DNA from: Schizochytrium sp. TIO01
Taxonomy: Eukaryota; Protista; Bigyra: Labyrinthulomycetes
Assembly: GCA_004764695.1 (NCBI GenBank)
Contig: SMSO01000031.1
Coordinates: 5,122,436-5,186,435 of the forward strand
Direction of reading: 5' to 3'
DNA: 64,000 nt
Shown: in pieces, positions 10,878 through 22,319 of the stretch
Layout: every line of letters begins with the position of its first letter
Position numbering within the stretch: the stretch's first letter is position 1
Made by a program: the position numbers and the translations under genes
Notes under the pieces: generated by a model
Database searches by the model: none
Seen by the model: only the letters and a program-made list of their open reading frames with translations
Told to the model about the DNA's origin: nothing

Positions 10878-13800
10878 TGTAACAGAGTATACTCTCATGG
10901 TAGGCTCCTCTAGGTAGTAGCAAGAAATGGAAAAGGAAACCAAGAAGGAAAAACCTAAAATTAGTACAAAACTATACACATCTTGCTGAATGCTACGTAG
11001 TGCTACGTAGTGCTTAGCGCACGTATCTTTAGTTTGCAACAGCAGCAGCAGCAGCAGCAGCTAAAACAGCATGATCGACGATCGCACAAGAAACTACTAC
11101 GGCCTGGGTACAACAACGTACTGGAGCATATTATTGCAGAGTTCGCAGGGGCCGATTTTGACGCAAGTATGCGTCTCCATGGTTCGATGTTTCGAAGTTC
11201 GTGGGCAGTTAGTTGCCTTCTTCTTGCCGCTCCAGCAACGAACTTGAGCATCGTAACACCTGACTAGACCAGAAGCCGCTACTACCAGAACAGGTATTAG
11301 ATTCAAGAAGGCTGGGAAGAAAGAGATGGAGTCTTGACTTTCTTTCTCTCATGATTGGGAAAGGCGAGTTGCATGGACTTGTTGAAGACAGCAGCGCCAG
11401 CGGTGAGGTCAGATCGATCATTCGATTGGAGAGCCGCCGAGTTCGAGGTTGGTCGCCTATTATTTGGTGGACGCCGTCGAGCAGCCAGTCAAGATCGGTG
11501 GCTCCGTGGCTCTGCTGGAGACTGAGGAGGCTTCCTCCTCGCGAGTAAGTTCGTGCACACTGACTCACTGACTCACTGACCCACTGACCCAGACTCGCAG
11601 ACACACGTGTACACACACGCAATTTCAACAGAAAACACGAGAAGAGCAATAGCTAGCCGCCAACGGCCTGCCTGCCGGACTGCAGTCGAGCGGAGGTGCT
11701 GCTCGGCAGAAGATCGCTGACGAAACATCACGACGACGCGGGTTTTGGAGACGAAGCAGTTGAGCTCGTAGCAGCAAATCTCTCTTTAGTTCCTCGAGAC
11801 CGGGAAACGATCCAGCAGTCACTCTTAACGTCTCAATCAACGCCAGCATTTCAAGGCACAAAGCACGTACCTGAGACAGAATATTATGATGTAGACAGGC
11901 CTGCGTCATGAGGCTGGCTGGCTGGCTAGCTAGCTAGACCAGGCTGCTCGTGCGGTGGGCCATCGACTGATTGCATCCTTCCGGCGCCTGCTTCGGAGTG
12001 GTTTGCGACAATCGAAATGGGCCTCTTTGCGATCTCGGCCTGCGTCTCTAAAGTGCCGCCTCCGTCGCAGAAACAAGCCTTGGCTCTGATGAATGGAATG
12101 CGACGAATTCATTTGGCTCTGGCCACAATGCAATGCGAGTGCGCTATAAAGCGCACTAGAGGAGCCAAATGTGCTGCAAAAGGCGCTGCAATCTCGTGGT
12201 ATAAGTGCAAAGCTGGCAATAATGCCAAGTTCCATGACCTTGAGGAGTGATGGTATTTCCTGCGATGGCAGAGATGGCAGAGGGTTCAGGAGTGCACGTA
12301 GCGAGGGACCCCTCGTGCAAACTCAAAGCGCAGGCATCTATCTTCACATCTTCACAGTCCCCTGAGTACCAGCCTAGTCTGAGTTTGCTGGAGAGAAGGC
12401 TCGACATGAGCAAGCAACTACGAAGCGAGGCAGCTTAGGCCACGATAACCGATTGACAAACAAAGTAGCTAGGTAGCTACCTCGCGCTTCCAGGCTAACA
12501 GAGCTCTTGCTGCTATTTTTGACCAAGTACACCTAACTAAAAGCACTCAGGATGAGATAAGGCGGACAAATTCTCAGACTCCGATGGCCCAAAGATTCCA
12601 TCCAATGCGCGCAACTTAAAGCGATGCACGTCGTAATTTGTGTCGGTCTGATGTCTGGAGCTAAAAGCAGGTTTTAGAATCAAGCCAGAATCTCGCCAAT
12701 GCACGCCTGCCTCAGCCGAGGAAGTCTTGGCCATGGCAGTAGGCCCCTTAACAATTCTGCCATCCGTCTTGCGATAGTCCTGGCAGGTCGAAAGAGGCGA
12801 GAGGTCCAATCAAAGTTCTTCGATGGAACTCCAGCACAGCAGATACGTTGTGTCTCTCGAAAACCTAGATTGCCAGGTATTACATAAATTACAGGTCACG
12901 ATCGCTCATCAATCAATCGCTCAATCGCTCAATCAATCGCTCAATCAATCACTCAGAGATGGCACAGGCACAGGCAGCTAGCTATAGGCAGTGCCGAAAA
13001 CAAGACAAGGCAAGACAAGACAAGCGAGGCGGGAGCGGCGGCCACCCTCCGACTCGGTCGGCGTGGGCGGTGGACCCCGTCACACGGCACACGTGCCTCA
13101 GTGGAAGAGGGAAGGGCTCGGCTCGAGCGAGAGAGTGAATGACGTGGACTTGTACGAGCCACACACCAGCACTAGATCATGTCAAAACGCCATATCTTCC
13201 TCGAGTCCAGGCATAACAACTCGAGGAATTTATCAACAGCTTGCTTACAGCTCGAGGTCTCAGAATGCAGAAAGGGCTTCTTCTTCTGAGTCTAACTTGG
13301 CTGACTGCTGGCGGAATCTTCTTCTTCGCAGGAGGAGATCCCAGAGCTAGCGCAATGCAGATTTTCAGAGAGTCATTCGCATCATCATTGCCAGCAGGAG
13401 CAGCAGCAGCAGCAGGAGAAGAAGAAGTCCGCTTTCGATGTGCTAAATGAGGTCCTACGTTGTTCTTTCAGAAAGAAAAGAAGATCTTTCGATTGCTTCT
13501 TATTTTGCATCCTCCTTACTTACTCGCTCAAGAAAGGAGCTTCATTCACGTCGAAGGCAGTTCGTTCTTATCTTGCTCGAACTTTGCAGTCGTTAAGAAA
13601 TAAAGATAAAAGGTTCCTCCAGCTCATGCACATAGCTAGCTAGAGTTTAGGATGAGTGGACGTCATGCAATTTTAATTTTGGCTTTACGAGAGGCCTTCT
13701 TGAAATGTGAACTACGCTAGCTAGCTAGTTGTTGTCTTGGGAGTGCACCTCATCGTGCTGGAGCAGATAACAAATGGTTTCCTTTCACGTTTCAGTCTTG

Positions 13801-15631
13801 GATCTCTGGAGGTTTACGAGTGCTACTGGGCCAGCCGCTAGCTTCCGATGAGTGCCGGTGTAACGTAGCTGCACTAACTAGCCAGGCCTTTTATGCAAGG
13901 AAGCAAGCAAGCAGAGATTCAGGGAAGGGAAGTTATTATGATAACAATAGAAGTTGTACTTTCAATCTTTCAATTTCAAGTAGCCGTCCAAGTTGGCTCG
14001 CAGTTGTTCACTCGCTGACAGAAACTGCCTGTTAATAAGATTTGGCTGGCAACGAACATAAACAAACAAACAACTTGATTTAAACAAACAACTTGATTTA
14101 AACAAACAACTTGATTTAAACAAACAACTTGAAACAAACCAACAACTTGAAACAAACCAACAACTTGAAACAAACAAACAAACAAACAAACAAACAAACA
14201 AACAAACAAACAAACAAACAAACAAACAAACAACACTACTAATTCTTCCACACTTTTGACAGCCTCTATCTCTCTCATTCCCTCTGCATTACAAAGTGCA
14301 GCTTCTTCACTGTGACAAAGTTAGTTATAGTTATAGTTTTATTTGTTATTTATTTATTAATAATATTATTATTAATATTAATTATTTTAGTTAATTAATT
14401 AGTTCGTTAGTTGGTTAGTTAGTTAGTGGATCAATCAAAACTAAATGTGAAGATTTTGTTTTCGGGGGAGGATAATTTTATTCGCTTTCTTTCTTCACAC
14501 GCGAGGCAGTAGGTAGGTATTTCTATGTAGTATGTAGAGTTCCTTTTCCCTGAGTAAAATACTCACGTTCATTAAAAAGAAAATCATTCTTTTCAACTAG
14601 AGGTGTTGGGGTGCTACCCTGAAAGCGTTTTCTTGTCCTCAACACGCGTGAAGATAAATGTGTACTTCTACTAGCGTGTGAATAATTTCGCACTCAATTA
14701 TACAATTCGATTTACCTCCCGGTCGACATCTGCAGTGAGAGAGTGGCCCTGTTCGTAGCAGGTTCTGTGCAAACCGCGGAAAGCACTAGAAAAGCAGGTG
14801 CTCGTTATAAAATTTCTTCCAAGGTTAAACTATTGTGGCATTCGCGAGCTGCCAGCAGTCTATGTGCTAATACCAAGACGATAGGTGCCTCGCTCCAGGC
14901 TTCAATTTCGTAACAAGAGGCAATTTGACCGCTGTAGTTCTACTCTACTCTCACCAGTCAGAGCGGTGAATCAATTATAATCTTTTAGCAAGTTGGGTAA
15001 AAGCTCAAGATAAAACAATGAATCTCTCATTGCATGGTTCTATTCCTAGCTTGGCTGGCCCACAAAGGTTCGTGGTGACGAAACGGGTGCTGCTTAAGCG
15101 TGAGCCTTCTTAAATTTTCATCTATAGGAGCTTCCTACCTACATTCTGCTACCAGTTAGATTGTGCCAGTAAGTTTAAGTTGAACTTCTAATAGGCACTC
15201 GCAAAGGTTAATTCCGTGTCCTCTAAGATTTCCTTGGGCGGTTCAATGGCCTGGGTTCTTTTAGATTCGTATGGGTACTATCTACATTTCTAAAATCCTC
15301 AACTCGAGGTTTTGTACGCAAGAATAACGTTTCGAATGGAACCTGGGTGGCAACTCCAGAAAGAAAAAGCGTTAATCGTTTCTCTTTTGCATGTCTAAAA
15401 CGGGGCTCAAACGTAAGGCAGCAAACGATTCACAGTACCTACCCACGTGCTTAGGTTTCAAGCTGCCGGCCGACAATCTTGTTAAATCTAATGATATCTT
15501 CTTCAGATTAAAAGGAAAAGGAGGCTGTAAGTAGGAGCAGGGCAGGTCCGTAGTAGCTATCTTGAAACTAGAGCTATATCATGAGAGTTTGGAGGCTCTC
15601 AGAGGTTCTCAGTAAAAACTTCTCGCTCAAC
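10878..15631 (+). mobile_element. Near full-length decayed Ty1/copia fossil C (gag-ZnK-PR-INT-RT-RH), possibly with ~105-bp LTR remnants
   Basis: gag 'NY..AWVQQ' ~11091 and 'LRRLPP' 11522; knuckle '(C)YKCK.G(H)NAK' ~12197; 'H.(R)L..LGH' 12699-12734; 'FCHPSC' ~12755; 'TAHVPQ....ERVN' 13084-13140; RT 'RCW..TLK.FL...DKCV' ~14600-14664 and 'KRVL' 15081; RNase H end 'YLPT.....PADNLVKS' 15436-15489; purine tract then TGTAAG at 15526. Confidence 0.75.
14059..14233 (+). repeat. Compound AAAC-derived repeat: (AAACAAACAACTTGATTT)x3, (AAACAAACCAACAACTTG)x2, then (AAAC)n
   Basis: Directly visible tandem units. Confidence 0.95.
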
Positions 15632-16300
15632 GTGAGCAAGACCAAGCTGCTCTTTAGAGATAATTTTAAAATGGACAAGGCCATTCGACGAACATAGATA
15701 TCATTACATAAACAATAAAATGCAAACGTTAGTTTGCAATTTCTTTTGCAAGGTGTTTCTAATGCAAGACTCTAGAAGTAGAATTGACCTTGAATGATCA
15801 GAACTTACGAGGGGGTTGGTTGGTTGGCTAATTGGTTGGCTAATCATCGGTGGCTAATCCTACATTTCGAGCAGGGGGCATCTCATTTCTAGCAGGGCTT
15901 CATGAGTTAGATCCTGTAATTTCTGAGGTTTGTGCTGCTCATTTCCTTTGTAGCGGATGGGCAACCGACGACGCGCCAGTGTTACATACACAGTACCTAC
16001 TACTAGGTATTAGGCAGTACCTAGTAGGTAGTATCCAATCCACTTACACAGTACCATACTCTGTCTGCAGTAAAAAGATGAGATCATGAAAACTTTTGTT
16101 GGGGACAATGAAAGCCATTTGAGCAGTGATTGGGGGACTTCTGAGGCATACGGGTAAAGATTTGTTTTATCTATAAAGCGAGCAAAAGTTGTTGAACCAG
16201 GCTTAGTTTTCTGGGTCCAGTCAACTCGAGCGATTTGTCGTGAATGTGCTGTTGCGGATATTTAGGTTCGGGCGCTTCCCATAGCCACTATAGAAAGAAA
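15632..16300 (+). mobile_element. Decayed Ty1/copia fragment D (RT, RNase H)
   Basis: 'KW..AI.DE..SL..N....LV' ~15669-15734; 'ARL' ~15763; 'LHELD.V....A.FL' 15898-15947; RNase H 'GDNES' ~16101, 'LRH' 16141 and 'VADI.VRALP' ~16251-16280. Confidence 0.65.
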
Positions 16301-17189
16301 AGCCAACAATAAAATAATGGTGGATGGATCTTTAAAAATAAATAATTGGAAACTAAGGAGGTTGGGACCTTTGCCAACGAAAGAGTTATTTGCATGCTGC
16401 CCTAAAAGACTTGGAGTAAAAAATAGGACTTAATTAAAAAATATTTTCAATAGAAAAAGAATACTAGGAGTTAAAATAAAAGCAGGTTTTAAAAGCGTTT
16501 TTAATTTTATTTTAAAGAAAGGGGGGTAACATTTAAAACTAAAAAAAGAACAAAAATATGTTTATATTCAAAGTTTTATAAGTAATGAATTTATATTCTG
16601 AGTTAGACAAGCACGGGTAAAAGGATCAGCTACCAATTTTCAATTTTGTTAGATAGGCTTTTTACTGCAAAGTGTCTTTTGATGATATAAATTAAAATAA
16701 AATAAATAAACAAATAAAATGAAAGAGTAAGTTCAAAAAACAGTTAATATATCAAGGCAAGCCTGAAAGCTTTATCTCAAAATAAATACTAATACATAAA
16801 AACAACACTGAAAACCTTTCAGATTTCTTATATACCAATACGAAATCAACTTAGAACGATTAAAAAACAAAACAAAAACCACAATTTAAAACATAAAATA
16901 AAAACCTAAATCAAAGAAAAAACACCAAGATTGCCGCGTTAAAGTGAAAGAGCTATTAGAGGAAGGTGGTAAAATTAGAAGGTACTTTCTAAAAAAAACT
17001 GAGAAAAAAGAAAAGAAAAGAAAGAAACCAAAATCTAAAGAACTAACTAATTAAACCAACCCTCTAGTTCTGGCTTGCTTGCGAAGTACAGTCATACTGC
17101 TCAAAGCACACAACCTAGGTACACAAACACCTGCCTACCTCAACAAAAGCTATTTTCACGTTCACATTCACGTTCACTTTCACGTCCGT

Positions 17190-19200
17190 CTTCGCACGAT
17201 TCGATCCACGACTATAAAAGATGGATGACTCCTGCTTCTTTAGTCGCCAGAGCCCTCGAGAAAGCGTTGGCAGAGTCCTATAATTACGTAGCACTTACTG
17301 CAGCTTCCCGAAAGCTCCAGGCTTTGAGATCTATTATCTCTGTCGCTTCTTGATCGAGAGGAGAGACTCGCTAGCTATAATAGCCACCCGATCGTCGACG
17401 CAGCCGAAGCATGTGCCGAAGCGCAGCTTGCTTTCTCATCGGCTTCTGCACGGCTTTCCGGTGCATTCACTCACTCGTCGGCCGAGCTCTCGAGTAAAAC
17501 GATGTGCATGAATGTGCATGATATACGTGTCTACTGTGATGCTATTTGTGAAGACATGGCGGTACACAATGACGGCGATTGGTCTAGCTAGCCACTTATA
17601 GTAATCTTTAGCTAATTGTACCAAGACTTCGTTTCTGAGCCAAGGTCTCACCACAATTGTGCCTTCAACGCGGTTTTCAACTTTGCACGCATCTCCCACG
17701 TTGCGAACTCAAAGCGAGCGGCGCTCGAGCTGGTCGTGAGCCTTCTCGGCTTGCTCGCAGGCTCATGACGCCTGATCAGGTCCAGGGTCCTCCTAGGAGG
17801 CCTTCGCTTGCTTGCTTGCTTGCTTGCCTCTGCAGAGCCGAGTGGCATTCACGATTCTAGTTTGAGTTGCTCGTCAACGCCAAAAGCTCGAGTGCGCCGG
17901 TTGGCGATGATCAAAGCTTTGCATTCACGCCAGGAAGCACCTCCACAGCACAAGGTGCGGCAGCAACTCTATAGCTAGTCGCCGCTCGCGCCTGTGGAGA
18001 AGCAGTTAGAGCCTGCAATCGTACGCAACAGGAGAAGACAGCTTGTCTGTCCAGTTCTATCCTGCGCTCCGGTTAGCCCGTTGTGGCAGCGAAGAGCGAG
18101 AGGACCTGTAGGCACCTCCGCGATCGTCGCTTGCCTCGCGCATTGGCTAGCTTGCGCCAGTCTGAGGAGTTCAACCTGTTCGCTAGCTTGCGTAGCCAGA
18201 GGGAGTCCTGTTTGTTTGTCCACGATGCTCATCGCTTCTGTCCTGGGCAGCTAAGCCAGGTGGTCGGCGGAGCGGTTGGGGTCAGCACCAGGACCACTGC
18301 AGGCACTTAGTTCTTCGTGTCTAGCTTCGATTCAACCGGATTCAATGGAGACCGTCTGTCTGGCGGCAGAATTGGCAACGCTGCGAGATCATTAGACCCC
18401 GTTTCTAAGAATTCTTGAAAGGGAGGCGCCGTTTTTGACTCCGGTTCAAGTGAAGAGAAAGAAGCAAACTTCGTTTCTTTCGTTTCGCTACCGACGCTGC
18501 TCGATTCGCGTCTGAAGAACTTCAGGAGATGAAGGATACCGTTCGACCCAGGCTCACTCACTCGCTCACTCTCTCTCACACACACACAAACAAACAAACA
18601 AACACACAGCCGCACTGATGTTCCTTTCCTCCGTCGCGTCGCAAGCAGAGCGGAAGTAGAAGGTACGGATGGGTCGTTGTTTGGTTGCTTCGCGCTAAAG
18701 GCTCCTCGATTAGCGTTTTGAGTAGCTAGCTAACTAGCAGGCGCTTCAAGTTGCTCAGTTCTTCGTTTTTCTTTTTTCTTTCGAAGTTCTTCTTCTTTCG
18801 AAGTTCTTCTTCTTTCGAAGTTCTTCTTCTTTCGAAGTTCTTCTTCTTTCGAAGTTCTTCTTCTTTCGAAGTTCTTCTTCTTTCGAAGTTCTTCTTCTTT
18901 CGAAGTTCTTCTTCTTTCGAAGTTCTTCTTCTTTCGAAGTTCTTCTTCTTTCGAAGTTCTTCTTCTTTCGAAGTTCTTCTTCTTTCGAAGTTCTTCCTCT
19001 TTCGAAGTTCCTCGCTAGCTCTTAATTGCGTAAACAAAGACTTCGTAGCTTCCTCGATCAATCATGATTGTCTAGGAAGTAAGAAGGTCTGAGGCTCGAT
19101 GAGATACCGCAATGGCCGCGAGTTAGGGCCTGATAGCGGAGAGCGTTGACCTAAATCATCTCTGTCTTTCCTTTCCTGAAGAGTTAACCTGAAGAAGACT
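17190..19200 (+). mobile_element. Decayed Ty1/copia fossil E (gag, Zn knuckle, protease, integrase; 3'-truncated)
   Basis: gag 'HDYKRWM' ~17207; knuckle 'CIH(C)RKHLHSTRC' ~17920-17958; protease 'AVGVST' and 'FVSSF' ~18271-18330; INT 'KDFVA' ~19037 and '(D)NGRE' ~19110. Confidence 0.6.
18780..19010 (+). repeat. 17-bp minisatellite (TTCGAAGTTCTTCTTCT), ~14 copies
   Basis: TTCGAAG recurs every 17 bp from 18780 to 19001; one variant unit near the 3' end. Confidence 0.95.
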
Positions 19201-19389
19201 CAATCAATCAAGGTAGGTGAAAGGACTAAGTAAGTGCAGTAGCTTTATAATAAAAATTTATTTTCAATAAAAAAAACTTTTACCAGTCGCTAGAAAGAAA
19301 GTGAGAAAAGCGAAGATAGAAATGATGACGATGATGACGAGATGATAAAACGATTGAGAGAGCACCTACCTACCTAGACAGTAGGTGTA

Positions 19390-22310
19390 CGAGGTAGGTT
19401 CGTTTGGGTCGAACGAGTCTTTTGAGGAAAGAAAGCGAAAGAGGAAGAGCCCAGGAGGCGCCGGTTTCTTTCAAGTACGGTTAAAAGAATAAGAATAAGT
19501 TAGCCTTTCGTTATAGGTAAACAAGTTCATAGGCGCATTTGATATTCTTTGGTAGAAATCATCGTACTTTTATAAAATTATTCAATGAATAAAACCATAT
19601 AAAAATTAAAACAGATAAATCATAGCGACAGTCGATCAATGAAAATCAGCTTAGTACTCACTATCAATCATGCAGCGAGTGTCAATCACGATTCACGAAC
19701 GAGGCGGGAAAGCTTCGAGGAAAGGCGAAGAAGCAGCAGGTTCACCGTACATTCGTTCAAGTTGCATCCCTCCCCGTGAAAGCGGTGCCAGTCGAGGATA
19801 TGAAAGGAGGAAAGAGCTTAGTCAGAGCGTACTTTGTTTCATTCTGTACGAACGACCCAATCATCTGCCGGCACCTCTTGAAGTGATGACCTGGATACTT
19901 GCTTGCTTTACTTAGATACTGCGAGTGCTACTAGTTTCGCCAATACCAGTTCCAACGTCTGAGCCATGCACTTTATAAGCGTGCTGATAACTTTCTCAAA
20001 GGTTCTGCTAACTTTCTCAAAGGTTCTGCTTCCAGGATAAAACGAACATGTCTGTCTCAGTTCGTGCGGAGTTCGTTCTCTGAAGAGTCTAGAGCTATCA
20101 GAGTCTAGAGTTTCTTTTCGATGTCGCAGGCTCCGAAAACTGCAGAATATCTGTCTTCAAACTCTGGAAGCTAAGACAGTTGAAGATGGTAGGAGGGCCT
20201 CTTCCACGTTTCCAGCGTCTTTCAACTTGTTTTAAAATCAATCAAGCAGTCAATCGATCAAACAATCAACCAACCAACCAACCAACCAACCAATCAATTA
20301 ATCAATTAATCAATCAATCAGTCAATCAATCAAGCGGCTAATTAAATGAACCAATCGATCAGTAGGGTTTTACAGATTTAATCGATCGGTCTCACTCGAG
20401 GCTGCAATGACGATAGATCTTCTTAAGGCGGATAAGCTTGGTCGCAGGGATGTCTTTAAAATGCGCAAGCCCAGCGAGCAAGCGCTCCGCAAACTGGCGA
20501 GAGAGAGCAAGAGCTGCAGGAATCGTTTTTGAGAGGCCGAAGAAGTTTAGCCACGAAGTACATGAACAAACAAACAAACAAACAAACAAACAAACAAACA
20601 AACAAACAAACAAACAAACAAACAAACAAACAAACAAACAAACAAACAAACAAACAAACAAACAAACAAACAAACAAACAAACAAACAAACAAACAAACA
20701 AACAAACAAACAAACAAACAAACAAACAAACAAACAAACAAACAAACAAACAAACAAACAAACAAACAAACAAACAAACAAACAAACAAACAAACAAACA
20801 AACAAACAAACAAACAAACAAACAAACAAACAAACAAACAAACAAACAAACAAACAAACAAACAAACAAACAAACAAACAAACAAACAAACAAACAAACA
20901 AACAAACAAACAAACAAACAAACAAACAAACAAACAAACAAACAAACAAACAAACAAACAAACGAAGGCAATCAATTCAGGCAGACATCTTGGAAAAGAA
21001 AATCCGCCGAGCAAATATTTTTAGAGGAAGGAAGCGGATTAAAGGCTCTCCTCCTCGTCGTCATTTGGAATCATCGTTTCATCTGCCAATAAAGGTGTCC
21101 ACCAGTGAGTGAGTGAGTGGCGTCAGGAGGAGCACGAGGACGTTTTAGTTAAAAAAAAAAGTCAACCTGAAGTGAAATTCATTTGCTGCTTCGTTCTTCT
21201 CTATCCTCACCTGAGGCGACGCTTTTCCGTCGAAATGGCTCACATTGCAGGGAAGACGGCTGCGATGTTGCGTAAAAAGGCAAAACAAAAGGAGAAGGAC
21301 ATTAAAAAAGAATAATATTAAAATCAAATTTAAAACTTTAACAAGAAACGATAATTAGTATGGGTATATTATATATATGTTTACTTTGCTCCCCTTTCAT
21401 TAAAATGCTGATCTATGCTGTTTTAAATTTCCCAGTTAAAAAGGGCAGTTTAAAAGGGTAACATTTTAAAATAATATTTTTTTAAAAAAAGAAGAGATTG
21501 TTTTTCTTTTCAAAATGTAAGTTTTCGTTTCAAAATGTAGACACTTAAATTAAAAGCCAGCGCATAATGGGAATATCAGTTTTAACACGAACATAAATTA
21601 AAGCTTTAAATATTCCTGATATCTTTTATTTACATATATAATTAAAAAAGAGAAAATAATAAAATTAAAGACTATCTTCACCATTTTAAAATTCAAGATT
21701 AAAAATGGTGAAGAAAACAAAAAACACAAAAAAGAGACAACAAAAAGAAAATTTTTATTTTTATTTTTTTCAGTAAGTTCATCTTGATTTGGAATGCATG
21801 GAACTCCTGGAACGATAAGAACGTTTTCCCCGCAGACCTTCCTGATTGCGTGCGGAAGCAAAGGCAGCTGGTTCCGATGCGCACGCGGCTGCCTTTGCAC
21901 TCTTTTCTAGAGCCGCTAGTGCTACTAGTTTATACTGCAAGAAACTAAGAAACGAAAGTAAGTGACTTGAAGTAGGTATGTACTTACTAGTAATTGCCAC
22001 AAGCTCTCTTATTTGAATGAACATTTCGAGGGCTGCCACATTTCTAACAACACTCCAAATCTTCGTAGTTCTTCTTCATCTTTGAATTGAAGTTCAACCC
22101 ATTCGAAGGAGTGAATCAACAGATCTTCTTCATTCAGGACGCTTCTTCGCTTGAGGCCATGCGATGGTGATAACAATTCATTTTTTTAAGATGATCACAA
22201 GGTTCAATTATAAAAATTAATAACGATTCTATGATTTAAAAAGAAAAAGGGGTTAAAGGAAAGGTGGCTTCACTATAAGATCTATAAGATCAAGATTTTA
22301 GAGGAGGCAA
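19390..22310 (+). mobile_element. Decayed Ty1/copia fossil F (protease, integrase, RT)
   Basis: PR '(D)SGAS.(H)M' ~19778; INT 'DKLGRRDVFKMRKPSE' ~20431-20478, 'AAGIVFE' ~20513, 'ILEK.IR...SGL...W' 20986-21068; RT 'SWNDKNVF..DLPD' ~21805-21846 and 'HL(D)..T(A)F.G..Q.IFFIQ' ~22077-22137. Confidence 0.7.
20565..20963 (+). repeat. (AAAC)n microsatellite, ~100 perfect units
   Basis: Directly visible. Confidence 0.98.
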
Positions 22311-22319
22311 AAATTGCTG

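Noticed and set aside
18780-19010. 17-bp repeat as a CRISPR array or heat-shock element cluster
   Set aside because: There are no spacers, and GAA/TTC spacing does not fit nGAAnnTTCn.
20392-21112. Long ORFs of FVCL/QTNK repeats (also at 13962, 18726, 25650-26130, 54608)
   Set aside because: They are translations of stop-free micro- and minisatellites.
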